Positions 36,380 through 44,802 of a stretch of 64,000 nucleotides of DNA are shown piece by piece. Made by a program: the position numbers and the translations under genes. Within the stretch, counting starts at the first letter, position 1. Each line of letters opens with the position of its first letter. Source of the DNA: a virus; IMG/VR virus record IMGVR_UViG_3300031991_000008, positions 1 to 64,000 of that record; one strand, given 5' to 3'. Under the pieces are notes generated by a model that was not told the DNA's origin, searched no databases, and was given only the letters and a program-made list of their open reading frames with translations.

Positions 36380-37183
36380 ATGGCACAGACTGACGAAAAG
36401 AAGGTCGGCAACGTCGAAATCTACATCGAGAACGTCCGCCTCTCCTACCCCTTCCTGTTCAAGCCTCGCGTCCAAGAAAACGACGACGGCAAGACCACGA
36501 AGAAGTTCCAGGCGAAGTTCATTCTCGACAAGAAGAAGAACAAGACCGCCATCGCGGACATCGACGACGCCATCGACGAACTCATCGAAAAGAAGTGGGG
36601 CAAGCGCCCTGCGAAGCTCACCGACGACCGCCTGTGTATGCGCGACGGCGACGACGAAGACGGCGTGGAATTCCACGGCGCGATGGTCGTTTCTGCGAGC
36701 AACACGAAGCGGCCGGAAGTGCGCGACCGTAACAAGGCGCCGCTCGTCGAAGAAGACGGCCGCCCCTACGCCGGTTGCTACGTCAACGCCATCGTTCGCC
36801 TGTGGGCGCAGGACAACAAGTTCGGCAAGCGCATCAACGCTTCGCTCGAAGTTGTGCAATATTACGCCAAGGGTGATGCGTTCGGCGCGCCGCCTGTCGA
36901 TGCTGATTCGAAGTTGAAGGACTTCGGTGAAGACGAAGACGAAACGCCGCGTCGTTCCTCGCGCCGCTCGCGCGACGCCGATGAAGACGAAGCTCCGCGT
37001 CGTTCCAGCCGCCGTTCGGCGGAAGCGGACGAAGATGAAGCGCCGCGCCGGTCCAGCCGCCGCAGCGCCGAAGCGGACGAAGACGAAGCTCCGCGTTCGA
37101 GCCGTCGCGCGTCTCGCGATGAAGCCGATGAAGACGAGGCCCCGCGCCGTTCGTCCCGTCGTTCGTCGCGCGATGACGATTGA
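36380..37183 (+). CDS. DUF2815-type ssDNA-binding protein (T7 gp2.5-like) with an inserted RS-type repeat region and an acidic C-terminus
   Basis: MAQTDEKKVGNVEIYIENVRLSYPFLFKPR is the DUF2815 N-terminal signature. About five ~60-bp tandem repeats (EDEAPRRSSRRS...) span 36920-37180. Ends ...RDDD. Confidence 0.55.
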   Translation: MAQTDEKKVGNVEIYIENVRLSYPFLFKPRVQENDDGKTTKKFQAKFILDKKKNKTAIADIDDAIDELIEKKWGKRPAKLTDDRLCMRDGDDEDGVEFHGAMVVSASNTKRPEVRDRNKAPLVEEDGRPYAGCYVNAIVRLWAQDNKFGKRINASLEVVQYYAKGDAFGAPPVDADSKLKDFGEDEDETPRRSSRRSRDADEDEAPRRSSRRSAEADEDEAPRRSSRRSAEADEDEAPRSSRRASRDEADEDEAPRRSSRRSSRDDD

Positions 37184-37430
37184 TCGCATTGCGCAGTTGA
37201 TCGCTAATGGGTGGCGCGCCTTCGGGCGTGCCACCTTGTGGTCCATGACGTACACACTCGCGCCTACGAGGGACGTGGTGCTTCTCAAGACGATGAATGA
37301 CGCAGACCTTCGCCGCTGGGCCGATCAGCCCGCGAAACAGCGGAGATACGTGCTGTCGCGTCGCCGTTGGGCCGCTGCAACAGGGCGCCCGATCAAGACC
37401 GAACCGCACAGCCGAGGGCGCTTGAAGTGA
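37175..37430 (+). CDS. small hypothetical protein (85 aa)
   Basis: ORF overlapping the SSB 3' end. TGA overlaps the GTG of polA. Confidence 0.25.
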
Positions 37431-39571
37431 CGGTTCTCTTCAACGATTTTGAAACGTACTCGGACGCCGATCTCTTCGATGTCGGCCAGTTCAAGTATGC
37501 GCGCGACCGCACGACGAAGGCATTGATGCTCGCGTATGCGTTCGACGATGAGCGCATCCAGCAGTGGGTTCCGGCAGAAGGCCAGAAGATGCCGTCCGAT
37601 CTTCGCGACGCACTGCGCGATCCCGATGTCATCAAGAGCGCATGGAATGCCAGCTTCGAGAAGGTGATCTGGCAGTATGTGCTCGGCGAAGAGATTTTCG
37701 ACGACGAGTGGCGCTGTTCAATGGTGCGCGCCTACACGCTGTCGTTTCCCGGCAAGCTCGCGGCCGTAGGCCCGATTGTGCGACTGCCGATGGATCAGCA
37801 GAAGGACAAGGAAGGCAAGGCGCTCATCAAGTTGTTCTGCCAGCCGAAGAACCCGCCGAAGCGCATCGCGAAGAATCCAAAGCCGTTCATCCGCGTCGCG
37901 AACATGTATACGCACCCGGACGAGTGGGAGAAGTTCAAGGACTACAACCGGCAGGACGTTGAAGCCGAGCGCGCGATTTGGAATCGCACGAAGAAGTGGG
38001 ACCTGCCCGCGCACGAGTGGGAGATGTGGGCGCTCGATCAAGAGATCAATCGTGACGGCATCCCCGTGAACATGAAGGTGGTCGAGAAGGCCATCGAGTT
38101 CGTCGAATACATTCGCGAGAAGCGTTTCGCGCGGCTTCGTGAGATCACGGGTGTAGACAACCCGAACTCGCGTCCGCAACTGCTCGATTGGTTGCAGCGA
38201 CGCGGCTATCGTTTCGACGACTTGAAGAAGGGTCACGTCGTCACTGCATCGACGGACGAAGAACTAGACGATCTCACGCGCGAAGTTCTTGAACTGCGCC
38301 TTGAAGTCTCGAAGACGAGCACCGACAAGTATTACGCGATGCAGCGCGCCGCGACCGATGGTGTCGTGCAGGGCGCGTTGCAATTCGCGGGCGCGCAACG
38401 CACTTGGCGTTGGTCCGGCCGCATCTTTCAGCCGCAGAACTTGGCGCGCCCCGCGCCCGATCTCGAAGCGACGCAGGAAGCGTGCGTGCGCAATCTCGAA
38501 CGGTTGTCGCCGAAGTCGCTCGAACTGATCTACGACAAGCCAATGGATTTTCTCTCGACGTGCATCCGCCCGACTATTCAGGCGGGCGAGGGCGAGATCA
38601 TCTTCGGCGCCGACTTGAACGCCATCGAAAACCGCGTGCTCGGCTATCTCGCACAGGATCAGAAGATTCTCGATGTCTTCCGCAACAAGCGCGATCCGTA
38701 TCTCGATTTCGCGCGCTACATGTTCGAGTCCACCTACGAGGAAGAGAAGGAACGCTTCAAGCCCGCAGACGGCTCGAAGGGCAACAAGGATCACCGCACG
38801 ACCGCGAAGCCGGGCGTGTTGGGCTGCGGCTACATGCTCTCCGCTGGAAAGCAAAAGGAAAACAAGAAGACGGGCGAGATCGAAGCGACCGGGCTGCTCG
38901 GCTACGCATGGAACATGGGCGTCAAGTCGTTCACGCTCGAAGACGCAAAGCTCTCCGTGGAAACGTGGCGTGAGACGTTCTCCGGCGCCGTTGAGTATTG
39001 GTGGGAGATCGAGAAGGCCGCGAAGCGCTGCTTGCGCTCGGGCGACGTAACGTGGGCTGGCCCCGTGCGATTCGACATCTCCGGCCCCTTCATGCGGATG
39101 AAGCTGCCGTCTGGCCGCTTCCTACACTACTGCCGCCCACGTCTCGACATCACGACGCAGTATTGGTGCCGTGAAGAGATGAAGTATCTGCCCTACGATC
39201 TCTGCATCGACCCGGACAAGCGAAAGCAGCGGCAGAAGGAAAACATCACCTACGAAGGTTTGAATGATCGCGGCGGTTGGGGCCGCATCTGGACGCACCC
39301 AGGCAAGCTCACGGAAAACGCGGACCAAGCCATCTCGCGCGATCTGCTCGCAGAAGGTATGCGTCGCTTCCGTCGTCGCGTGCCGCGTTCGCTCGCGCGC
39401 ATCCGTCTACACGTCCACGACGAAATCGTCGGATGGTGCAAGGAAGAACGCGGCGACGAGATGTTGAAGATTCTAATCGAGTGCATGGAAGAACCGATGC
39501 CGTGGGCGTCGGAAGAAGAATTGCCGTTGGGCGCGGCGGGCTCGCTCGGAAAGGTGTGGATCAAGGATTGA
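37427..39571 (+). CDS. family A DNA polymerase with 3'-5' exonuclease domain
   Basis: Exo I motif VLFNDFETYSD near the N-terminus. Pol I-like length (about 714 aa). It sits among DUF2800, SSB and VRR-NUC genes. Confidence 0.75.
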   Translation: MTVLFNDFETYSDADLFDVGQFKYARDRTTKALMLAYAFDDERIQQWVPAEGQKMPSDLRDALRDPDVIKSAWNASFEKVIWQYVLGEEIFDDEWRCSMVRAYTLSFPGKLAAVGPIVRLPMDQQKDKEGKALIKLFCQPKNPPKRIAKNPKPFIRVANMYTHPDEWEKFKDYNRQDVEAERAIWNRTKKWDLPAHEWEMWALDQEINRDGIPVNMKVVEKAIEFVEYIREKRFARLREITGVDNPNSRPQLLDWLQRRGYRFDDLKKGHVVTASTDEELDDLTREVLELRLEVSKTSTDKYYAMQRAATDGVVQGALQFAGAQRTWRWSGRIFQPQNLARPAPDLEATQEACVRNLERLSPKSLELIYDKPMDFLSTCIRPTIQAGEGEIIFGADLNAIENRVLGYLAQDQKILDVFRNKRDPYLDFARYMFESTYEEEKERFKPADGSKGNKDHRTTAKPGVLGCGYMLSAGKQKENKKTGEIEATGLLGYAWNMGVKSFTLEDAKLSVETWRETFSGAVEYWWEIEKAAKRCLRSGDVTWAGPVRFDISGPFMRMKLPSGRFLHYCRPRLDITTQYWCREEMKYLPYDLCIDPDKRKQRQKENITYEGLNDRGGWGRIWTHPGKLTENADQAISRDLLAEGMRRFRRRVPRSLARIRLHVHDEIVGWCKEERGDEMLKILIECMEEPMPWASEEELPLGAAGSLGKVWIKD

Positions 39572-39573
39572 TT

Positions 39574-39867
39574 ATGGCACAGAAGGAAATCGTCGTCGAA
39601 ACGGACATCGTTTTGGAAGCCGAAGAAGCGGGCTACGTCGTGCGCAAGGTCACTTACGCAGGACGGCGCGGTGCGCCCGACCGTTGGTTCAAGCGACACG
39701 ACACCGATTGGATTCTCATCGAGTTCAAGAAGCGCGGCGAGAAGCCGGATGGCTTGCAGCAACGCGAGCACGACAAGCTGCGCGGCGCAGGTCAGAAGGT
39801 TCACGTCATCGACAATCACGATGATGCACGCCGCGTGCTAAAGCTGGGGGAATACGCATGGGACTAA
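39574..39867 (+). CDS. VRR-NUC domain nuclease
   Basis: About 97 aa: ...GAPDRWFKRHDTDWILIEFKKRGEKP..., the VRR-NUC D...E.K pattern. Typical partner of phage PolA and SNF2. Confidence 0.5.
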   Translation: MAQKEIVVETDIVLEAEEAGYVVRKVTYAGRRGAPDRWFKRHDTDWILIEFKKRGEKPDGLQQREHDKLRGAGQKVHVIDNHDDARRVLKLGEYAWD

Positions 39868-40088
39868 GGGTCAATCGAAACGAATGCGCCAAGGCCATCG
39901 TTAAGGTCTGTGAGAGCTTCGGCGCGACGGTCACGTTCGACACGAGCGGCAAACACCCCGTGGCTGTTCTCTCGTGGCGCGGAAAGACGCTTCGCCAAGT
40001 CTTCCCCGGCTCTGCTTCGGACAAACGGAGCGCGCTCAACAGCGCAGCATTTACACGGCGCACGCTGCGCGGATGGAGTGAAGAGTGA
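39858..40088 (+). CDS. small hypothetical protein (76 aa)
   Basis: ORF. Confidence 0.3.
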   Translation: MGLRVNRNECAKAIVKVCESFGATVTFDTSGKHPVAVLSWRGKTLRQVFPGSASDKRSALNSAAFTRRTLRGWSEE

Positions 40089-41521
40089 AGGTACGTTCGG
40101 AGTCCCAACTTCGAGATTACCAACGATACCTCGTGCGCGTCGGCATGAGGAAGCGCTTTGTGCTGTTCGCCGTGGACATGGGTCTCGGCAAGACGGCCGC
40201 AGTGCTTACGATCCTCCGCAACCTCCGAAACCAAGTTGACACGCGCAAGGTGCTCATCGTCGCGCCGAAGCGCGTTGCCGAAGAAACGTGGCCCGAAGAG
40301 ATCGCCGCGTGGCGTCACACGCAGCGCATCCCCTACAGCGTAATCGTAGGCACGCCCGCGCAACGCAACCGCGCGCTGCGCGACAAGCGTGCGTTCATCC
40401 ACATCATCAACAAGGAAAACTTGCAGTGGTTGTGGCAGACGCTTCGCAACGGCGCCGATTGGGACTACGACATGATCGTCATCGACGAGGCGTCGATGCT
40501 CAAGGAAGGAAAGAAGCGCACGACTCGTGCAGGCGGCGGCGAAGGGTCTCGCCCGCTGTCTCGCTTCGGCATCCTCGCCCGCGCTCGTCACAAGGTGGAT
40601 CGAGTAATCGAGATGACCGGCACGCCCGCGCCGGAAGGATTGCACAATCTGTGGGGTCTCTCGTACATCCTCGATCTCGGCGAACGCTTGGGCGCAAGCA
40701 AGAGCGCGTTTGAAGCTCGGTGGTTCGACAAGGGCTACATGGGCTACGACACGGACCCGTTTCCGCATTCGGAACGGGAGATCATGGCTGCGATCAAGGA
40801 CGTGATGATCTCGCTTCGAGCAGAAGACCATCTCGATCTGCCGCCCGTCATCACGACGCCCGACACCGATATTTGGGTGAACATGTGCAAGGAAGACTTG
40901 CGAGAGTACCGCGCGTTCGAGCGCGAGATGTTCACGGACAAGTACGACGTGGAAGCCGTATCGAACGGCGTGCTCGTCAACAAGTTGTTGCAGTTCGCGA
41001 ACGGCTCGCTCTATCGAAAGAAGGGCGAAGACATTCCGGTACACGATCTCAAGGCGCACGCACTGCTCGAACTCGTCGAGTCGCTGCAAGGACGGCCGTT
41101 GTTGCTCGCGACGAACTACAAGTTCGACCGCGACCGCGTGAAGAAGTTTCTCGGTAAGAAGGTGACGTTCATCGAAGACGCCGGGAAGAACTGGAAGAAG
41201 GATTGGGACAAGGGACGCATCAAGGTTCTTGCGTCTCACCCGTCGTCGCTCTCGCACGGGCTCAACATGCAATTCGGCGGCGCGCGTGCGTGTTGGTATG
41301 GCTTGCAGCACAGCGGCGAACTCTATCAGCAATTTAACACGCGCCTGCCGCGACCGGGGCAGGTCGAAGAACACGTCTTCATCTATCACATCCTCACGCG
41401 CGGGACGTGGGACGAGAAGGTGATCCGAAACCAAGAATACAAGAAGGGCAGCGAGACTTCGATCCGTAAGGCTTGCGCTGTCTACCGCGAAGACATTTTG
41501 CGGGAGTTGCAGGCGGCCTAG
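40085..41521 (+). CDS. SNF2-family (SF2) helicase
   Basis: Motif I AVDMGLGKT, motif II DEAS (MIVIDEASML) and downstream SF2 C-terminal motifs. 478 aa. Confidence 0.7.
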   Translation: MKVRSESQLRDYQRYLVRVGMRKRFVLFAVDMGLGKTAAVLTILRNLRNQVDTRKVLIVAPKRVAEETWPEEIAAWRHTQRIPYSVIVGTPAQRNRALRDKRAFIHIINKENLQWLWQTLRNGADWDYDMIVIDEASMLKEGKKRTTRAGGGEGSRPLSRFGILARARHKVDRVIEMTGTPAPEGLHNLWGLSYILDLGERLGASKSAFEARWFDKGYMGYDTDPFPHSEREIMAAIKDVMISLRAEDHLDLPPVITTPDTDIWVNMCKEDLREYRAFEREMFTDKYDVEAVSNGVLVNKLLQFANGSLYRKKGEDIPVHDLKAHALLELVESLQGRPLLLATNYKFDRDRVKKFLGKKVTFIEDAGKNWKKDWDKGRIKVLASHPSSLSHGLNMQFGGARACWYGLQHSGELYQQFNTRLPRPGQVEEHVFIYHILTRGTWDEKVIRNQEYKKGSETSIRKACAVYREDILRELQAA

Positions 41522-41556
41522 CGCCCGTGTATAGGCAATTGAAACGAGGGACGACC

Positions 41557-42270
41557 ATGCAGCCACTTCGCATCTTCATCGGTTACGACAGCCGCGAGCC
41601 GGACGCTTACGACGTTTGCGCGCGGTCTCTGCGCGAGCGTAGCTCTGTGCCGCTGGCGATCTCGGCCGTAAAGCAGGACCGCTTGCGCCTGCGAGGGGTC
41701 TACACCCGCGACCCGGCCGAGAAGGCGTCTACCGAGTTCGCGTTGACGCGATTCCTTGTGCCTCATCTGACCGACTACAAGGGGTACGCGCTGTTCATGG
41801 ACTGCGACTTCCTGTGGCGCGCTGACGTGTGCGATCTGTTCGATCTCGCCGACGCCACCAAGGCTGTCAGCGTCGTTCAGCACGACTACACGCCGCGAGC
41901 ACAATGGAAGATGGACGGGCAACCCAACGTCGCGTATCCGCGCAAGAATTGGTCGTCGCTCATGCTGTTCAACTGCCAGCACCCGAACGTGCGCGAACTG
42001 ACGCCGGAAGTCGTGAATTCACGCAGCCCGTCGTGGCTGCATCAATTCAGTTGGTGCGGCGACGACGAAATCGGCGCGCTTCCGCAAGAGTGGAATTGGC
42101 TCGAAGGCGAGTACGAGTGGCCGCATGACGGCACGACGCCTGCGGCGATCCACTTCACCAACGGAGGCCCGTGGTTCGCGGACCACCGCAGCGTTCGCTT
42201 CGGCGATCTGTGGGAATACGAACTGCTCATGCTGCGGCAGGAACAACCGCTTACTCCAACCATCAAGTGA
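41557..42270 (+). CDS. GT-A fold glycosyltransferase-like protein (GT8-like; DxD motif FMDCDFL)
   Basis: IFIGYDSREPDAY, ALTRFLVP and FMDCD resemble the nucleotide-sugar-binding N-terminal strands and DxD of GT8-type transferases. Confidence 0.4.
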   Translation: MQPLRIFIGYDSREPDAYDVCARSLRERSSVPLAISAVKQDRLRLRGVYTRDPAEKASTEFALTRFLVPHLTDYKGYALFMDCDFLWRADVCDLFDLADATKAVSVVQHDYTPRAQWKMDGQPNVAYPRKNWSSLMLFNCQHPNVRELTPEVVNSRSPSWLHQFSWCGDDEIGALPQEWNWLEGEYEWPHDGTTPAAIHFTNGGPWFADHRSVRFGDLWEYELLMLRQEQPLTPTIK

Positions 42271-42279
42271 GGCCCCAAG

Positions 42280-42828
42280 ATGAAGCTCATCTCTGACAGC
42301 TACCGCGCGCTCAACGCGGAACTCCACAACCGGAATCACAAGTACGGCGGCAAGGGCCACGATTGGTTGACGCGCGTTGTGCAATACGTCACGACGGCGA
42401 AGGCCGCGACGTATCTCGACTACGGCTGTGGCAAGGGCACCCTCGCTGACGCGATGCAAGAGAACTACGAACTCACGCTTCTGCCGAGCCCCGACGCAGT
42501 GTTTCGCTACGATCCAGTCACGGCGCCAGACGAACCGCAGCCCGCAGACTTCGTGACGTGTTGCGATGTGCTCGAACACATCGAACCGGAATATCTCGAC
42601 AACGTGCTCGCCGACATCAAGGCGAAGACGAAGGTGCAGGCGTTGCTCGTGATCTCGCAACGGCTCGCGAACAAGCGGCTAGCGGACGGCCGAAACGCCC
42701 ACTTGATCGTCGAAAAGACGCCGTGGTGGATGAAGCGGTTGAAGAAGCACTTCTCCGAAGTTGTCGAAGTCGATCCCATCAAGCCGACGCGCGTGGGAAT
42801 CGAATTGGCCGTTCTCGTTCGGCCGTGA
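42280..42828 (+). CDS. class I SAM-dependent methyltransferase
   Basis: Motif I LDYGCGKG and motif II FVTCCDVLEHI. Confidence 0.65.
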   Translation: MKLISDSYRALNAELHNRNHKYGGKGHDWLTRVVQYVTTAKAATYLDYGCGKGTLADAMQENYELTLLPSPDAVFRYDPVTAPDEPQPADFVTCCDVLEHIEPEYLDNVLADIKAKTKVQALLVISQRLANKRLADGRNAHLIVEKTPWWMKRLKKHFSEVVEVDPIKPTRVGIELAVLVRP

Positions 42829-43430
42829 AGCAACACATCGTTCCCGACGATTGGAAGGGCCAGACTGTCGCGATTGTGGCGTCTGGCCCCAGCGTATCGA
42901 AGTTCGACTTCGAGCGCATCGCGGGCTTGCGCACGATTGCGGTCAAGGACGGATACCTAAAGGTTCCGCGCGCGGAAGTGTTGATGATCGGGGATCACCG
43001 CTACGCTCGTCGCACGCCCGATCTTTCCGCATATCTCGGCCCGCTGATTCTCTACACCGATCCCGCGCCGCTGCCGGAAGCGCTGCACGATGCGCGCATC
43101 CAATTTATCCCGAAGGTCGCGGGCCGTGGGTTGTCGAAGCGACCGAACGAATTGCGCGGCACGTTCTCGACGACGTGTCTCGCCATCAACTACGCGGCGT
43201 TGCGCGGATCGAAGCGCATCCTGCTAGCCGGTGTGGACGCGAAGCCCGCGCCGGACGGACGCCGCTGGTTCAACGGCGACCGCAAGGAAGATTGGCATGA
43301 ACGCTACGGCCGCCAGCAATGGGGCTATCGCCGCTTGTCGGACGATCTGCGAGCACGAGCAATCGAAGTGTTCAATCTGAATTACGATTCCGCTGTGAAG
43401 ACGTTCCCGTTTTTGAAAGAGGGTGTGTGA
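42825..43430 (+). CDS. GT42/Maf (DUF115, MptE-like) family putative transferase, paralog of 6269-7039
   Basis: GTG start overlapping the previous TGA. VAIVASGPSVSKFDFERIA and STTCLAINYAALRGSKRILLAGVDAKPAPDG parallel the 6269 gene and Cst-II motifs. Confidence 0.45.
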   Translation: MKQHIVPDDWKGQTVAIVASGPSVSKFDFERIAGLRTIAVKDGYLKVPRAEVLMIGDHRYARRTPDLSAYLGPLILYTDPAPLPEALHDARIQFIPKVAGRGLSKRPNELRGTFSTTCLAINYAALRGSKRILLAGVDAKPAPDGRRWFNGDRKEDWHERYGRQQWGYRRLSDDLRARAIEVFNLNYDSAVKTFPFLKEGV

Positions 43431-44182
43431 TGCTGCCGATTATTCTTTGGTCGTGGGGCGGGAAGTTTCCCGACGCCTATATCGACAAGATGATCTCTAT
43501 GATGGATCGGCACCTGCACATGCCGCACCGATACGTCATCATCTCGGACAGCAAGACCACGCGCGAGAACTTCCACGCGAAGGGACACCAAGTGCATCCG
43601 TTGTGGTCGCACCTGCACAACATCGGTGGCAAGTGCTTCGTTCGCCTCCGTTGTTTCGACGACGCCTTCCGCACGATCATCCCCGAGCCCCGTTGGGCGT
43701 GGATTGATCTCGACATGGTGATTGTGGATGACGTGACGCCGATCTTCTCGCGCACCGAGCCCTTCTTGATGTCGGGCGTTGAACTCGGCCCACAGCCGGT
43801 GAATGGATCGCTCGTGATCGCGGATCATGGAGTCGCGCCAGAAATCTTCACCGAGTTCAACATCAACGAATGGCGTAATGAAAAGGCGCGTCTCCGCTTC
43901 GGCGGAAGCGATCAAGCCTGGATCGCGATTAAGGCCCGCCACAAGATCACCGGCATCCGTCACGAGGATGGACTGTTCTGCTACCGCGACGACATCTGTC
44001 CGCGCCACTTGTGGGCCTACGAATCGTGGCGGCAACGAAACCTCGTGGATGCGCTCAAGCACGAACCCACGGGCGGCGCGTTGCCAGACGGCGCACGCCT
44101 GATCCAATGCAACGGCCCGCACTCACCGTGGAGCGAGCGCCCGCAGCGCTTGAGCCCGTGGATTGCGGATCACTGGCGATAA
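43430..44182 (+). CDS. putative GT-A-like glycosyltransferase (DxD: WIDLDMVIVDD)
   Basis: N-terminal VIISD beta-strand-like segment, plus a hydrophobic stretch followed by DLD...DD. Weak assignment. Confidence 0.3.
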   Translation: MLPIILWSWGGKFPDAYIDKMISMMDRHLHMPHRYVIISDSKTTRENFHAKGHQVHPLWSHLHNIGGKCFVRLRCFDDAFRTIIPEPRWAWIDLDMVIVDDVTPIFSRTEPFLMSGVELGPQPVNGSLVIADHGVAPEIFTEFNINEWRNEKARLRFGGSDQAWIAIKARHKITGIRHEDGLFCYRDDICPRHLWAYESWRQRNLVDALKHEPTGGALPDGARLIQCNGPHSPWSERPQRLSPWIADHWR

Positions 44183-44196
44183 GGTAAGGTGCCGGA

Positions 44197-44802
44197 ATGA
44201 ATACGCGACGCTCGGACGCCGACCTACTCGGCGATGAAGATGAAGTCCGGGCCGCAGATGCGGAGATGGATTGGTCGAAGCTGCGCCTCGGCGTGACCGT
44301 CAATTGGCTCGCGGGCGCCTTCCGTCTCGACCGCAAGACCGTGAAGAAGCGGCTCGGCCCGCTGTCTCCCAAGACGAAGAGTTCCAAGGGCGATCTCTAC
44401 GATCTCGAACAGGCCGCGAGCTATCTCGTGAAGCCGCAGTTCGATGTCGCGGAATACATGAAGAAGATGAATCCGAACGAACTCCCGCCGATGTTGCGGA
44501 AGGAGTATTGGGAAGCCGAGAACAAGCGCATGACCTACGAGGAACGCGCGGGCGAGTTGTGGCCGACCGAGAGCGTCGTCGCCGTTCTCGCCGATGCGTT
44601 CAAGGCCATCAAGAATCAGATGCAGGTCTGGATCGACGACGTTGAGCGTGACGCCGGACTCACGCGCGAGCAGTACGCGGCGATGCAAAAGCGCGTCGAT
44701 CAGTTGCGCGACGAGTTGTTCGCGAAGCTGTGCGAACTGCCGAAGAACGCGCATCACGGCAGCGCGCTAGAAGAAGGACCGATTGGTGGCGACGAAGCGT
44801 AA
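44197..44802 (+). CDS. terminase small subunit (HTH-containing)
   Basis: It lies immediately upstream of TerL and overlaps it. HTH-like segment WLAGAFRLDRKTVKKRL. 201 aa. Confidence 0.5.
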   Translation: MNTRRSDADLLGDEDEVRAADAEMDWSKLRLGVTVNWLAGAFRLDRKTVKKRLGPLSPKTKSSKGDLYDLEQAASYLVKPQFDVAEYMKKMNPNELPPMLRKEYWEAENKRMTYEERAGELWPTESVVAVLADAFKAIKNQMQVWIDDVERDAGLTREQYAAMQKRVDQLRDELFAKLCELPKNAHHGSALEEGPIGGDEA

